A stretch of 64,000 nucleotides of DNA, taken from positions 640,875 through 704,874 of the forward strand of contig RDEW01000009.1 in the NCBI GenBank assembly GCA_011109175.1. The letters run 5' to 3'. The stretch's first letter is position 1; every line of letters begins with the position of its first letter. The translations under genes and the position numbers were made by a program. Positions 13,331 to 26,214 of the stretch are shown piece after piece. This stretch comes from Dicyema japonicum. Its lineage: Eukaryota > Animalia > Dicyemida. The notes below the pieces were generated by a model. That model was not told where the DNA came from and searched no databases. It saw nothing but the letters and a program-made list of their open reading frames with translations.

Positions 13331-14339
13331 TTATGATCTTGCTCCCATGATCGTGTTGTTGAGGTAGGTGATCGCTTTGTCCAATGAAGGAAAACCATCG
13401 AGGTAACAGTCCTGTAGTAGCTTGCCCGTGATAAGTTGGTACATTTCCCAGTCAGCATTTTTATAATTGTAGCTTCTTTGGATTTTCTTTACACTGGTCG
13501 CTCTCTTGATCTTTATCACAATCGGGTTGTGGTCACTTCTCGTTTCGTATATGACTGACCATGCAATCATCGATGCAAGTGGAGCAGAACAGTTACGTCT
13601 GGTGAAGTAAGCTGGTAATTTTCCCTGAATGGTGTCCTTGTGTTTTTTGAAAGATCATTCAAAATCGTTAGAGTGTCCGTTTGCGAAAGTAGCGATTTTC
13701 CTCTTTTGTCGGCGAGTTGAGAAGACAACCAAAGGGGATGCTTGGCATTCAGGTCCCCGCAGAAGGTAGTCAATCTTGAAAAATTTGGAATATCATAGCC
13801 CTTGGGGCATGAACAAGGAGGAGGAACGTATATGTTTATAAGACATAGACTTCCATTTGTTGTACCCAATGAGACTACGATTACTTCAGTAACCTAATCA
13901 TCTCCAATGCACTGTTTCACCTCTGAGGTGATATCCTTACGTTTCAGATTCTTTCTGAATAGAGTGATTAGGCCTCCGTTTTTTCTATGTTTCTTGTCCA
14001 TCCTAATAGACTTGTAGCCTGGGAATAAAGGAGTAGGATCATTCATTCAGAGTTTAGTTTCTTGGATAGTAGCCACGTCGATCTTCTGATTTGCCAGAAT
14101 TGAACGGAGTTTCCTGATCTTGCCTTTAATCCCATAGTGTTCAATTGGAGAGCAGTAAATTTCCTTTCTCCACGATGGGCTAAGGAATTCCATCGGGAAT
14201 ACGTGGACTTCTTTGAAGCATATCGTCGGGGGTCGACGATGACCCTGGGAGGAGAAGGTCTGATGTTCTTTTTCGGGTAGACATTAGGTGTCCCCTGGGC
14301 GTTTCCAAAACTTGTTTAATCGGTTTACCACATAACGCC
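13331..14339 (-). mobile_element. Ingi/Vingi-like LINE 5' portion (ribozyme-like 5' end plus APE)
   Basis: APE motifs LQLN, IQETK, NIYVPP, GDLNAKH and SDHNP on the minus strand; 5' end GGCGTTATGTGG matches 21912. Confidence 0.8.
14265..14339 (-). ncRNA. Candidate HDV-like ribozyme motif at the LINE 5' end (partly degraded)
   Basis: P1 GGCGTT/AACGCC, P4 GGGGACA/TGTCTACC, J4/2 CGAAAA; P2 and P3 are mismatched. Confidence 0.45.
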
Positions 14340-14456
14340 ACATTAAAATCTTTCCGAGTAGCAACTGTGACATATAACCTAATATTTGAAAACCTACGGA
14401 ATAAGAAATCACAAGTAAGAAAACACCAAATAGGAATAAAAGAAGAAAACTGTCAA

Positions 14457-15203
14457 CTACTTAGGAGCATACTTAACAGCCAGTTTAGCATGATCAAGCC
14501 AATTCTGAAGAGATCCTGAGCATGGAACACGTTTGACGTTGAATCCATCAGGGATCAATTTGTGTTCAGCCCGGAGTTTCTGATACTCACTTCTTAAGAC
14601 TTTCGTAAACCCCCAATATCTTGAAACGGCGATCTACTATCAGATGCAACATTCAAACCATGTGCTTTCCGGCAAATTTATTCTTCGCACGTGTCAAGGC
14701 CTTGGTGATCTGATTGACGTGATGCATTTTCCCCCTCACAGATATTAAAATCTGGCCAATATCGACTCTGGCCGCAGTTCCAATGGGTTTTCCCCAAGCA
14801 TGTCGCATTCCTGTCTGAAGCCTGTCAGCCCCAGCACACGTAAGCATCTTGTTCGTACGAATCACATGGAATGGATGGACATTTATCCTCAAGTGATAAT
14901 TTTCTTTCCCACACTTCTTATCTAAGTATCTGTTTGTAGCAATTCTGGCAGACTCCAATGCTTCTGACGTGATCTGTTCTCGTTCCTTCGAGATTAAGTA
15001 AACGCATAAAGGCAAATCATCAGCTTTCGCCTTTTTCCTTCCACAGTCGTATACTCTCACCTTTGGATCTTAGTTTTAGTTAAAAAAGAAAAGTACCAGG
15101 GACACCTCTGCAGAACCTCGATTTTGGAAATGGTTTATTCTTTTGATATCTAGAGCTTGAAATATGACATAAGCTAATACCATTTTCCTGGTCTTCGTCC
15201 CAT
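14457..15203 (-). CDS. RPL10: 60S ribosomal protein L10 (uL16)
   Basis: [30 protein letters not shown]...[15 protein letters not shown]...YWGFTK; three GT-AG introns of 25, 28 and 25 nt. Confidence 0.97.
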
Positions 15204-15360
15204 CAGTCAATACTTAATAACACAATATAGCGTGAACTAAAACACGTTATAATTTAATTTTTAATTTGAAAATATTTTTTTATTAATTTAATTTATATAT
15301 AATTTATTTATTTACTATTTTAGAACTAATATTGTTGTATTCGTAGTATTTTATTAAGTT

Positions 15361-15640
15361 TGGAGACTGTTCGGGCACGTGCTCAGAATGGACATAAACG
15401 CCCCTGAAAATATAATAATGGACAATTACTTTAACAATGAGAACAAACCATCATTCAGAGGAAGACCCAGAGTCACTCTACCAGTGGCTCTGAACATGGA
15501 TCTTAATGGGATTATAAGAAATCTTAAATCTGCAGAAGACCTAGAAGATCTAAGTACAGATGGGCAAAGCAGAGGGCGATGGAGACGCCTAGTGAAGCAG
15601 ATTGTGAAACGTGTGGCACAAACGGGACCTTAGTTAATAA
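15361..15640 (+). mobile_element. 5'-truncated RTE LINE 3' end upstream of RPL10
   Basis: WRLFGHVLRMD...RGRPRVTLP...RGRWRRLV, followed by an AT tail. Confidence 0.8.
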
Positions 15641-16399
15641 AACGTTCTTTGGTTCTGTGAAAGTTCTTTTTAATAATAATTATTAAATTTCACACAAGTC
15701 TTTTTTTGATTACTTTCATTATAAAATTAGACATCACTTATTAAGACGAATGCCTATTATTAATGAATCTTATTGTTTAAACCACAAGACTACGCTTTTT
15801 ACATTGTCGAACGGGCTTTACCTTCGATAGTCTCCTGTTGGTGTCGTCAATACAAAGGAATGGCTACTGATTCTTCAGGTTATGCAAAGGACAATAAAAA
15901 CACTATGTTCTTCCATGTCACAATCGAAAAATGATCAGTTTTTCTTCAGACATCCGTCCTTCATCGACTTCCTGTTTACCTTATTATTATTAACCCCAGG
16001 CTTACCATTGTAAGTCCAGCACAAACAGTCATATCTAACTAATCCAAGGAAGGAACCAAAGGGAGAACATCTGCTTGTGCCGACCAAATCCATTTTCCAA
16101 TACTTCACTACAAGCTTCCAGTTCCGAAGAGAGGTGGGGAAGTATATCCGCCCTCTTCCATTTTTGTCCCACGTCCTACCGTCGCGGACATCACTTTATT
16201 CTTTAGCGGAATAGTTTTCATAATGCAATTTTCATCAGAGGATTTGGTCAGGGAGAACCTTGATTTAATACTGTTAATAAATTTTTACAAAAGAAAAATC
16301 GGATCTACTAGAAAATATGAAATCACATAATATATTTGTTTTTTAATTATCTATAAACTAAAGATGACCAATCTTATAATGCTTTGAGAGGGCGAATTT

Positions 16400-17150
16400 A
16401 AAATCCCCATAATAATTTAACTGTTGTAATGAATCACTGCGTATTATTTTGGAAAAACTTTTCATCCGCAAAAAAGATGGCAAACCAACAAGAAGACATG
16501 TATAAATGTGAAAAGGTCAACAACTCAAGAAAACGGATGACAATGCTAGCAAGCTCTATATGTTCTGTGAAGAAATGGTCAAAGGAACCCTCATCGTTAT
16601 CAATAAATGTCACTGTAAGTCATGCCTCGTTTCAGGAAAAATGAATTCTCCAATTCCACAGTTGCTATCAGATCACTTGCTCTTGAATCATCAGAGGTTA
16701 CATGAGCTTATTTAAACATAGAATCTAATAAAACTCGTTATTATGATAGCCGAAGCGGCTAGCAAATTTCATTATGCACGTGTATTGAGAAACCAGTTTC
16801 TTATGACAACCACGAAAATTCGATTCGCCTATTTTGCTTTATAAACATATTTTCAGTTGGGGAAAAGATGGTAAGTCGCTCAGATACTTTGTCAAAGAAA
16901 ATATTCACAAGGTTTTTTTAAGGACCATAACAGTTGACTCAAAAAAGACTCCTACAGGCCAAAAAATGTATAAAAAACAACATTGATGTGTCCGACATAC
17001 TGAAAGTTTCTCAACGTACGTCCTTCAAGTCCCCCAAAAAGCATTCAAAAACATACAGCATGGTATAATTTGGAGGACTGCTTCAGTCATTGTCTCTATA
17101 CAACTATGCACATAGCTACTACGAGAAAATTTATTCTATCGCCCTTGGAA
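16400..17150 (+). mobile_element. Possible Tc1/IS630-like remnant
   Basis: Frameshifted pieces resembling RKKPFL...IRLAYFA; heavily degraded. Confidence 0.3.
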
Positions 17151-17264
17151 GTCCAACTCAGTGAGCGTTGAGAAGGGTCCATTAGGCTCAACATTGTTCA
17201 GTCTCGACATCCACCGTGTCACCAGATTTTGTTATACGTCTTAGAACATGTAATACTTATTATT

Positions 17265-18300
17265 ATTATTATTACCCCCAGGATCACTGGGTCAAAGAGA
17301 AAGAAATAAAAGTTCTCATCTAACTAAGTGATCCCAGACCGACAAAGGTGAGGACGAGTCCGGCGGGGTCGAGAATCCTGAACAGCTCTTCTCATTGGAC
17401 ATGGCTTCGGCTCAAAATTTTTGTATGATTGTAGATAATTCGATAGTATTTGGAATAGAGGGCAGCTTGGTAAAACAGCCTCCTTTAATAATTTTCGTTG
17501 TAGTTCAATTAAAAAATTTTCAATAGGTTGGATATTGTGATCTGGTCCAATTAACCTTATTGCAGTCTCCTCGATTGCAGATAATTTCAACATGTGGTAC
17601 TTGGACGAATGAACTATTGGGAGTCAATTAAACAATGTATTTGAATATCTAAGAAGACTAATTCCCAACTGAAGATCTTCGGGCTAACACTGAAACGGCA
17701 AATTGAATGGATTCTATCCTTTCCTCGTTCCGATATATTATTCCCAACGTACAGGCCTCGGAGACTTCAACATACCAGCTTAAATTACTTAACGTCCCCT
17801 TTCAGAGGGGTTAATCAGCAACTCCTTTAAAGCAAAAGAGCGACTTCCAAAGACGGCATTCGCACCTCTAGGAAAACTGAACACACCTAAGGGAAGTTTG
17901 TCTAAGAATACTTCTTCTGAGGGATGCCCAGTTAACCTAAAACTAATCCACATACTCCACATATCTTGTTTTTTATACTCCACGTATCTTGTTTTTGAGA
18001 ATGCAAGATCAAAGTCAAATCGATCAAAGTCCTTTTTCCATTCGCCTACCGAACGTTTTAAAAACGTTAAATTTGATATCCATGGCTAGCGAGGAACAAC
18101 TTCACTTCTTCATTTGCAGGCTGGGCATTTGCTACAATGCAGATCTAAGATTGCTGATTGCTGAGAGATCCAAGGAGAGAGGCGGATAGATCAATGAAGA
18201 AAATGGTAGCAGAACGTAACAGTGAAAAGTGGACGCTCACAGGGATCAGACATATGAATCTGACGTGGAGAGAAAATTAAAGGAGGGTCGAGAAAAGAAA
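17265..18300 (-). mobile_element. LINE 3' portion with (AAT)n tail
   Basis: ORF 17324..17593 ends RSGIT*, followed by the shared 3' UTR and GGGGGTAATAATAATAAT. Confidence 0.65.
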
Positions 18301-18609
18301 AAAATGTGTCCATATGGTCGTTGATATACTAGGAAGGACACAGTTCGATCATCCAAATTTATTCATATACTATGTCGTAAAAATATAGAGACCACAGTGG
18401 ATACAAACTAAATAGACTCGAACCTTTCTGGCTATATAAGTTCTTTTTCCATCAATATTCGGCGACTGATACCCGAGAAGTTTGCTGAAACCTGGGATGG
18501 TATTTGTTGTTCATCATAGGCTGTGAGTTGGGTGATCAAGCGTTTTACATTTATCAAGGAATTGTTGACCGACCATGAGGAAGTGGTGATCTAGAAATTT
18601 CAATATTAT

Positions 18610-18900
18610 TATTATTAAAACCAAAAATCACCGACAAATTAAATAACTACATAGCTGCCAAGTGATTCCGGCTGCCTCGAATAGCCATCTCATTCTTGCT
18701 CGGTGTTCCTCCCGGGTTCCGACGCATTTCCGGATTAGGCGTGGGTTTCTAATTTTTTTGGGGGTAGTAAGGCTCCGGTTTTCCTCACTAATTCCTCAAA
18801 TGGTGTAGGGTTTAGAGGTGTCTGGGAAAACTTTTGTAGAGCCTTACTGGCCATTTTTTGGAATGTATTGATTAAATCTGAGAATAGCAAATTGTCGTAA
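18610..18900 (-). mobile_element. Ingi-like LINE 3' end
   Basis: GAACACCGAGCAAGAATGAGATGG...GCCGGAATCACT, homologous to 47270-47360. Confidence 0.65.
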
Positions 18901-19008
18901 ATGTGATTCCTACTTATTTGGAAACTGTTATTTCTAAGTTAGACAAACTTGAAAATTTCCAAAAATTAAATTTGTAATAAATACTGTTTAAATCAATTTC
19001 ATTAGTTG

Positions 19009-19733
19009 ATGGATTGGAACAGACGTACTCAAACTTATAACGATTATTCATCAAAAAGGAAAATACACGCGGATGAATTTTTGACTAAAAATATTCAAAC
19101 TTTCAGGTTTTTGTAAAACATGTTATACATAGACAAGAAAGAACTTTGAGTTCACTGCCGAAGACCGAATTAATGTCATTTACTTTGTAATCTTAGATAT
19201 CGTCCGTTAAGAAAAAAAAATAAAATTTATAAACGTAATTTCTACCACAAGGACTCCTTGCTATTAAGAAGGTTCACTCCAAGCACAAGAAAAAATCCAA
19301 ATTTAAAAAAAACTGAGAAAATAATTGGAAAACGCAAATTTAGTTCAAATCTCAGTATTTATGTAATAATAGTTCTTAGTAAGTAAATATTAAGTCAAAA
19401 TTTAGGTTTAATCTGCAGTTTTTTGGTCTATGACTTGTTCTTAAGTGATAATGGAAATATTCACAAACAAATATTTTGACTTTTGTTAACGAAAACAGAA
19501 TTATAATAGTTTTCTATAAGAAAACTATCATTCCTGGGTGGATTGAATATAAATCCGAAGTAAATAGCAGATTTATTCTGGGGGATGATAAAACTAAAAT
19601 TGGAAAATTTGGGAAGTCAAACTATTTAATACATTCTCCTCACATTGGAATTAACACGTATGAGTTATTTACAAGTGATGGGGAAAGTAGCAATTATTAC
19701 ATCCAAGATATCGTTAAAATTGATTTTTTGTAG
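19009..19733 (+). CDS. Orphan single-pass (type II-like) membrane protein
   Basis: Open through GT-AG introns of 26, 22 and 27 nt. Basic N-terminus, hydrophobic IYVIIVLSLICSFLVYDLFL, then ORF 19476..19733. One T-run frameshift near 19475. Confidence 0.55.
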
Positions 19734-19889
19734 TTTTAACATCTATAAATTAAAATTTATTTTTTTTCACTTTTAATGTAAAAGTATTAAAAGTATGAAA
19801 ATAACTAAAAATATGAAACTTTATTAAAAACTGTGTTTACTAAAAACATTCATGAAGGCTTGGCACCCTTCCAACGCATAACTATTTTT

Positions 19890-20130
19890 TCCTTCTTAGA
19901 ATAAAATGTGCGTCCTGTCCAAATGGAAGTCTATTAGCTGCCAAAAGAATCATTGGCCTAACTTTGTGTTCGCTCCTCATGAAGTAGTTTTGATAATGGC
20001 AGCTACGCCTCCTAACAGCTACATCTACGGAGCTATGGTCAAATACCTAAAAAACCGCCTTAGATACAAGATAAGTACATGTCTTTTTTGAAAGCCATTC
20101 AGGATTCCCGTCCACGTTGGATAATACTTT
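19890..20130 (+). mobile_element. LINE C-terminal fragment
   Basis: Homologous to 6460-6600 and to 17324..17593 (GCCATTCAGGATTC motif). Confidence 0.5.
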
Positions 20131-20299
20131 CCATGTTGGTTTATTAGTGAAAACATTTATACGCCTTTCTGAAGAGGTTATTTGTTACCGAAAGTAAAAT
20201 AAGATTTTTATTTTTTAAAGGATTAATTTTAAGTTTCATTGTCTTTAAAGAAAACGTAAGAGCTAAAATTCTCTTTTTAGCTCCAAGCATTAAAGGTTG

Positions 20300-20550
20300 A
20301 CTATGGCTACCTGATTGGAGATTTCTATTGCTTCCCTCTGGTGGCGTCATTGGATCCACCTTACTCAGGAGACACCTAATGCCTGGTCGGCATTCAAAAG
20401 GACCGATCTGTTCATTCCACCACCGGGAGATAATTTCGCTTTCTGGCAACGAGTTCCAGACAACAGTCTCTGGATCACTGTGCTTGAGTAAGTGTTCTGC
20501 GGAACGTCACTATCAAAAAATTAGTTTGTTTGTTTTACCCTTGGTCTTAG
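20300..20550 (+). mobile_element. Short non-autonomous retroelement, family B, with ribozyme-like motif at 20343-20404
   Basis: GGCGTC ATT GGATCC ACC TTACTCA GGA GACACC TA ATGCC..GGCAT TCAAAA GGACC; 3' end TTAGTTTGTTTGTTTTACCCTTGGTCTT resembles 27740-27760. Confidence 0.7.
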
Positions 20551-20709
20551 GAATAATTTCATTTAGTCAATTGGTCGGAAAGGTTGAGGTAGTGACGTAC
20601 CTTTATTGAACAGAATGTCAACTTAGCTTTCAATGAACATAGGCATGACAAACTCAGGAGACAGAGTAGCCTATGTGGAGATTAGTTATCGCAAAAAAGA
20701 AAATATTTA

Positions 20710-21808
20710 TTCTTGACGTTTTAATAAATCATCAAAAAATTACTACGTTTTCTCTTACAGTTCGACATAGACTTTGAATTCCCTGAACCAATCTGGTTAG
20801 CTTTTTCGATCCACTTGGCAATATTCACAATACGGAGGACATTATCATTAAAACAGCAACAGAAAACTTCATCCCCCGCAACAGCAATCCTATCAACTCC
20901 ATTATTTTCAACCACGGAATATGCCCCAACGACAGAATGAGGGAATAGTCTTATAACTCTGTTCATAAAGTAACAAGAAGCTCAACCTTAAAAAACCATC
21001 ATCGCACGACGTCACCACACTAGAAGAACCAAGGGACGAATACTGTTGATTCCACCAGGATGACCTGGATATCGCTCAAAAAGATTGCCAAATTCATTCC
21101 ATTTGAAAAAATTCAAGTCTCCACCGGAATCTCCACAGACTATTTTCTGACCATCCTTCAAATCAGAGAAATAATACATCCACGACCGCGAGGGAGATCA
21201 AATCAACATCCACGGTCTCTGACCCACAAATCAACTTCCCTTTACGAATATCATAAGCTCCAAAGTGCCGTCACCACTGAAATCATAAATCACTAATACG
21301 AAGTGGCCAAAGCTTTGAGTCTAGCATCCACGTGGATATCACTTATGTAATCAGAGAAAAGTTCATCGGAACAAGCCAAATTTTTCTGGCGTAAATCAAA
21401 GATCTTGTAAAAACAACGACAAACCTCTAACCTTCCTTCTTCATCACCGACTAGAATTATGTTTTCGCTGTATGCCTTGAGGGAATGCGGAACATGGCTT
21501 AAATAACGGGTAAAATTACGTTGTCGACTTTGAGTAAATAATCGCAGAACTCTCACAGTCAAACACGGCAAATAAACTCCCAGCCGAAATAGCTGAGACT
21601 TTATCAGTGCTTGGTATAAATTCCACACAACGACACGGGGTTGAATGTAGATTACTTTTGATTGCTTTATGAATTTGCCTTCGTCGTATTTGTTTCTTGA
21701 AGTTAGAGAAATTCAATACATGTAAATACTTCCTTCCACGTCCCCTATCACCACTCTGTCATTCAATATCGATACGTCATTAATTGGACTATCGAATACA
21801 CACGACAT
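20710..21808 (-). CDS. WDR55: WD40-repeat ribosome biogenesis factor WDR55/Jip5
   Basis: Spliced minus-strand reading: LHSTPCRCVEF, IILVGDEEG, FSDYISDI, SGDGTLGAYDIRK, KIVCGDSGG..FFKWNEFG and a C-terminal NFFDDL-like motif; needs homopolymer corrections. Confidence 0.8.
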
Positions 21809-21911
21809 CGAAAACGTGAATTATTTGAATTCATTTAAATATTTATAAAATAATTTTAATTAATTAGTCTTTAAGTTTGTTAACAACTTTTAATACCATA
21901 AATTTTAGCGT

Positions 21912-22160
21912 GGCGTTATGTGGCTCACCGATTCTGTAAGTTTTGGTAACGCCCAGAGGGCACCTAATGCTCTTCCAAAGAGAATTATTAAACATCTACC
22001 TCCGAGGAAATTGTCTCCCCGGCGGCACGCTTTATCATCCTCATCTACCCGGAAGGAACCCATAGCCCACCGAAAGAAACGGACCACGGTTCTTCAACTA
22101 AATATCAATGGAGTAAGAGGAAAGATATTGGAACTGCGTTCTCTCCTGGCGAAGCCATGT
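21912..22160 (+). mobile_element. Ingi/Vingi-like LINE 5' end (ribozyme-like motif 21912-21982 plus APE start)
   Basis: P1 GGCGTT/AACGCC, P3 ACC/GGT, P4 GAGGGCA/TGCTCTT, CCAAA, CTC/GAG; then VLQLNINGVRGKILEL. Confidence 0.75.
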
Positions 22161-22183
22161 CCCAAAACGTTCTTCCAGAATTT

Positions 22184-22940
22184 TCATACTTGAAAAAGAT
22201 TTTCGGGAACTAGATCCTTTGGATCAATTCCTTGAATACTCTCGAGCAGCTCCCGAAAGTTATTAGGAACATCCGCCTCGATGACAACACTTTTCGAATT
22301 AATAACATCTGATATAGATCCAGGAGTTACAAGCCTCCGATAAGACTTCCAGAATGTTGGGTTCTTGGTTTCCAACCTTCCTGCTTCAATCCTCCATTAT
22401 TTATTGACTTGTATAAATAAGAAATCTATAGTCTTCTGAGTAACTCGTATTTTTCTCTTTAGAAATTCTCAGTCCATATAATCCAGACACCGTTTTAACT
22501 TTGTCAGAAGGCGATTTTGTTCTGAAATTTCCCGCTTGATATGGGTAGGGACAGCAGTTTTAGGATCTCCAGAGAAAACAGGTTTTGTATAACAATGTAA
22601 ATACTATTTCATAGTATTCACAATGTTTGGGCTACAAATTTCATAAAACCCCGCAATACATGGCCGACTTTATATTAACACATAAGACTTGTGGAATATG
22701 GGCGCTTCCGATATCTAGAAGAATAGTAGGAGTATCCACATGCGCAATAAGAAGCAAAGACACCAGAAAACACCAAGTTTATTACCACCTGTATACGATA
22801 ATGATTTGGTTCCTTGGGTGTCAAAACCTCGAAGCAAAGAGAGTCGGATAAATGTCTCAATCTTTGTTTATCCTGATCGGTCGTACCACACCCAAAAGCA
22901 ACATGTTTAGAATTAAGATCTCCAACCAAAATATATTTCG
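22184..22940 (-). mobile_element. Jockey-like LINE APE and linker fragment
   Basis: VGDLNSKHVAFGC...TPKEPNHY and KNPTFWKSYRR; homologous to 43529-44628. Confidence 0.75.
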
Positions 22941-22999
22941 GATAGTCAATAAAAATTGACTGAGATTATCCACAAAATTAATAAGAGTCTGAATTAATT

Positions 23000-23320
23000 A
23001 AGCGCCATGTGGTGCTGCGTGGTTAATTGGTTGAAGTTTTCTGCTTGCTTGTCTGTTCCTCCTCTCTCGTCCTATTAGAGTGGCGTCATGTGATCCACCT
23101 GTCTAGGTGACGCCCAGTGCCAGGGCCGGCATGAAAAAGGATCATTTGCTCTCCCCCAATCCACTGGAGGGGTTTCCACAACTGCATGTAATGGACGTCT
23201 TACCCTTTATGTTGATTCCGGATGGACTCTGTTTCTGTAGAAGTGGAAACTAGATACACTTAATTAGTTGTTTACTTTAACTTCTTTCTCGTGTATCCGG
23301 GGTTTAAAAAAAATAAAAAA
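23000..23320 (+). mobile_element. Family A short retroelement; ribozyme-like motif at 23082-23144 with C-to-T at the putative catalytic position
   Basis: Colinear with 6127-6445. GGCGTC/GACGCC, TGATCC/GGATCA, ACC/GGT, TGCC/GGCA, then TGAAAAA. Confidence 0.85.
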
Positions 23321-24862
23321 AATAAGAGTCTTCGAATACATCCCCATGGAACGCCCGTCGTGTGACTGCGTCCAGTCAATAAACCGATACGTGCTTGTGT
23401 GGGGTCGAAAGAAAGGCATCGGCCAAGATGAGGTCCCTGCAGTGCGTGCTGACATCACGTGATTAGTTAGTTTGTGTAACCGTGGTCTCTGGTGTTATTA
23501 TTATAAATACATTCCCCCAATGGTAATCAACACATCGTCACAGCAAACGTCAACAGAGGTAAATTCAGAATCATTGCTCCGTATGACGTGGGGTCTTCGA
23601 GTGTATAGATTTCGACGATAAAACAGAAATGTTCCCGTCATTCTCTCTGTCTGTATAACTTCCTTTGAGTCTTTAGTTTGCGTAAAAGTCTCGCAAGTAG
23701 AAGCCGCAGATTTTTTCCATAATGATTGGGCCGTCTCTGCTTTAACTTATCACATAGGTCTTTAACCCATCTGATAGGTTGCTCCAGTATTCACACAAAA
23801 TTTTGACTTACTTCTGTTGTTGAAAATCAAGGAAACAGTACATTTTCGAAATATAAAGACAAACGTTCATCTCGGCACTAACTTTCATTATTTTCAACAT
23901 GATAAAAAACTTTTCCAATAAATAGATGTATTTACACTCAGGTCTAGTAGAAGTATATCATTTGCATAAATTAACATTTTTTATTTGAGTGTTTCACAAT
24001 TGGAATGTCACACATGACACAATTAAATAAGGGTTGACTTAATACAGACCCTTGTGGAACCCCTCTTCGATAGTTTATATTCAACGCGTACAAAAGATTC
24101 TATTTCAGAAAGAAAAACCTTCATCCATAAATGTTTCATACTTCCAAAAATTAAAATTAGATATAGTCAAAGCCAGCATGCCAAACGAAATCAAAAGACT
24201 TAAAAATGTCCAGAAATACGGCCGTAAGAGTTCCTTCTGGATTAAAACCGACTTTCCCATCTTCGCAATAATCAATAGAAATTGACTTCTATCACATGGA
24301 AGGAACATGTCAAGAATTCCATGAAGAATTAAATAAACACGATAAAGTCTTCAATAATGGAATTAATGCAGTTTGAAGACTATTAAGACTAATGAATTAT
24401 CCATCAATAGAAATAGTTCGACAAGAAGGCCGAACACAAGCGAGGATGACTCCCCTTAGAGAAAAATTACTTTGTATGCCATGAAGGAAAAATAAAGAGA
24501 ATCCATTCTTGTACATCTGCAAGAGATTACCAAAGACATCTGGAAATTTTAAATCGGAAAAAAAGTCTGAAGAAATTCCAGATGTCTCATTCCCTTTTTA
24601 AAAAAAAATTCATATTTGAAAGATAAAGTTGAGATATAAAAATAACAGAATACTAATTAAAAAATTGAGAAAAACAAAAAAGATAATGTAAAAATTTGAT
24701 ACATTAGAATTATTAAAAAAATTAATATCAATAAAAATAAGAAAGTAAAAACAAAATAATAAAAAATTAAAATAACAAATTGAGCATAAAGTGAACTCAA
24801 TAAAATTAATCAGGGTTGACGAAAATAATTTAATATAGGTAAGTGATAACGTAGAATACGAA

Positions 24863-26214
24863 ATGTCATTATGGGGAAAACTGATAATATGCTGGAGTCT
24901 AAACAAATTAGTGTTAAGTGATTCAACAACAAGGAAAATTTCATCAACACCTTTCACCACTATAAAAAGTTCAAATAATTCTTCTGCTAAGACAGGTTTG
25001 TAAGTTTTAACAACTTATATTTTAGTCAGTAGTACCAAAAACTCAAAATCTAGTTACTCTCAATATACTACAAAAACGAATTCGAATAAAACTACTACTA
25101 CATCGATAACTTTACCAAGCAGTTCGAAGAGAGGTAATTCATCAAAACCACATACTCTTCCAAATTCATCGATTTCTAGTTATTCTACTACCAGGAAAAT
25201 TTCATCAACACCTTTCACCACTATAAAAAGTTCAAATAATTCTTCTGCTAAGACAGGTTTGTAAGTTTTAACAACTTATATTTTAGTCAGTAGTACCAAA
25301 AACTCAAAATCTAGTTACTCTCAATATACTACAAAAACGAATTCGAATAAAACTACTACTACATCGATAACTTTACCAAGCAGTTCGAAGAGAGGTAATT
25401 CATCAAAACCACATACTCTTCCAAATTCATCGATTTCTAGTTATTCTACTACCAGGAAAATTTCATCAACACCTTTCACCACTATAAAAGTTCAAATAAT
25501 TCTTCTGCTAAGACAGGTTTGTAAGTTTTAACAACTTATATTTTAGTCAGTAGTACCAAAAACTCAAAATCTAGTTACTCTCAATATACTACAAAAACGA
25601 ATTCGAATAAAACTACTACTACATCGATAACTTTACCAAGCAGTTCGAAGAGAGGTAATTCATCAAAACCACATACTCTTCCAAATTCATCGATTTCTAG
25701 TTATTCTACTACCAGGAAAATTTCATCAACACCTTTCACCACTATAAAAAGTTCAAATAATTCTTCTGCTAAGACAGGTTTGTAAGTTTTAACAACTTAT
25801 ATTTTAGTCAGTAGTACCAAAAACTCAAAATCTAGTTACTCTCAATATACTACAAAAACGAATTCGAATAAAACTACTACTTCGAACTCTTCTATTTATT
25901 CAAGCTCATCACAATCTTCTACGAATTTTACTACTATTTTTACGCACATACCTACCAACACATCAAGTACCCTAAAAAAGTTAAATACTTCCATTATTTT
26001 TCATACGACAAATTCTACTTATTCTTTAACTTATTTCGAGAATCTTTTATCGTCATCTGATTATCTACTTTCCGAGTTGGATTATTTTAATGTTTCTTTT
26101 TTATCCAGTATATATTATACTGTTTTTGTTATTATCAGTGTTCTAACTTCTTATTCTGTCTCTCTTTATTTTATTTTTGATTATTTAAAAAGTATGCATT
26201 TTAATCATTTTTAG
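24863..26214 (+). CDS. Secreted or membrane-anchored Ser/Thr-rich mucin-like protein with tandem exon repeats
   Basis: Signal-like MSLWGKLIICWSLNKLVLS; 77-aa S/T-rich repeats; hydrophobic C-terminus (FLSSIYYTVFVIISVLTSYSVSLYFIF) and TAG at 26212-26214. One A is missing in unit 3 at ~25485. Confidence 0.75.
24932..25880 (+). repeat. Tandem repeat, ~3.6 copies of 261 bp, each containing a 30-nt intron
   Basis: AGGAAAATTTCATC starts at 24932, 25193, 25454 and 25714; units are nearly identical. Confidence 0.95.

Noticed and set aside
24537-24586. ~13-bp inverted repeat ACATCTGGAAATTT/AAATTCCAGATGT
   Set aside because: Single occurrence with no TSD or second copy, so it cannot be supported as a MITE or terminator.
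24610-24960. Minus-strand hydrophobic 116-aa ORF
   Set aside because: It is the antisense of an A-rich leader and the mucin start; the F/I/L richness is a composition artefact.
24932-25880. CRISPR-like or satellite array
   Set aside because: The 261-bp units have no unique spacers and are explained as coding exon-intron repeats.
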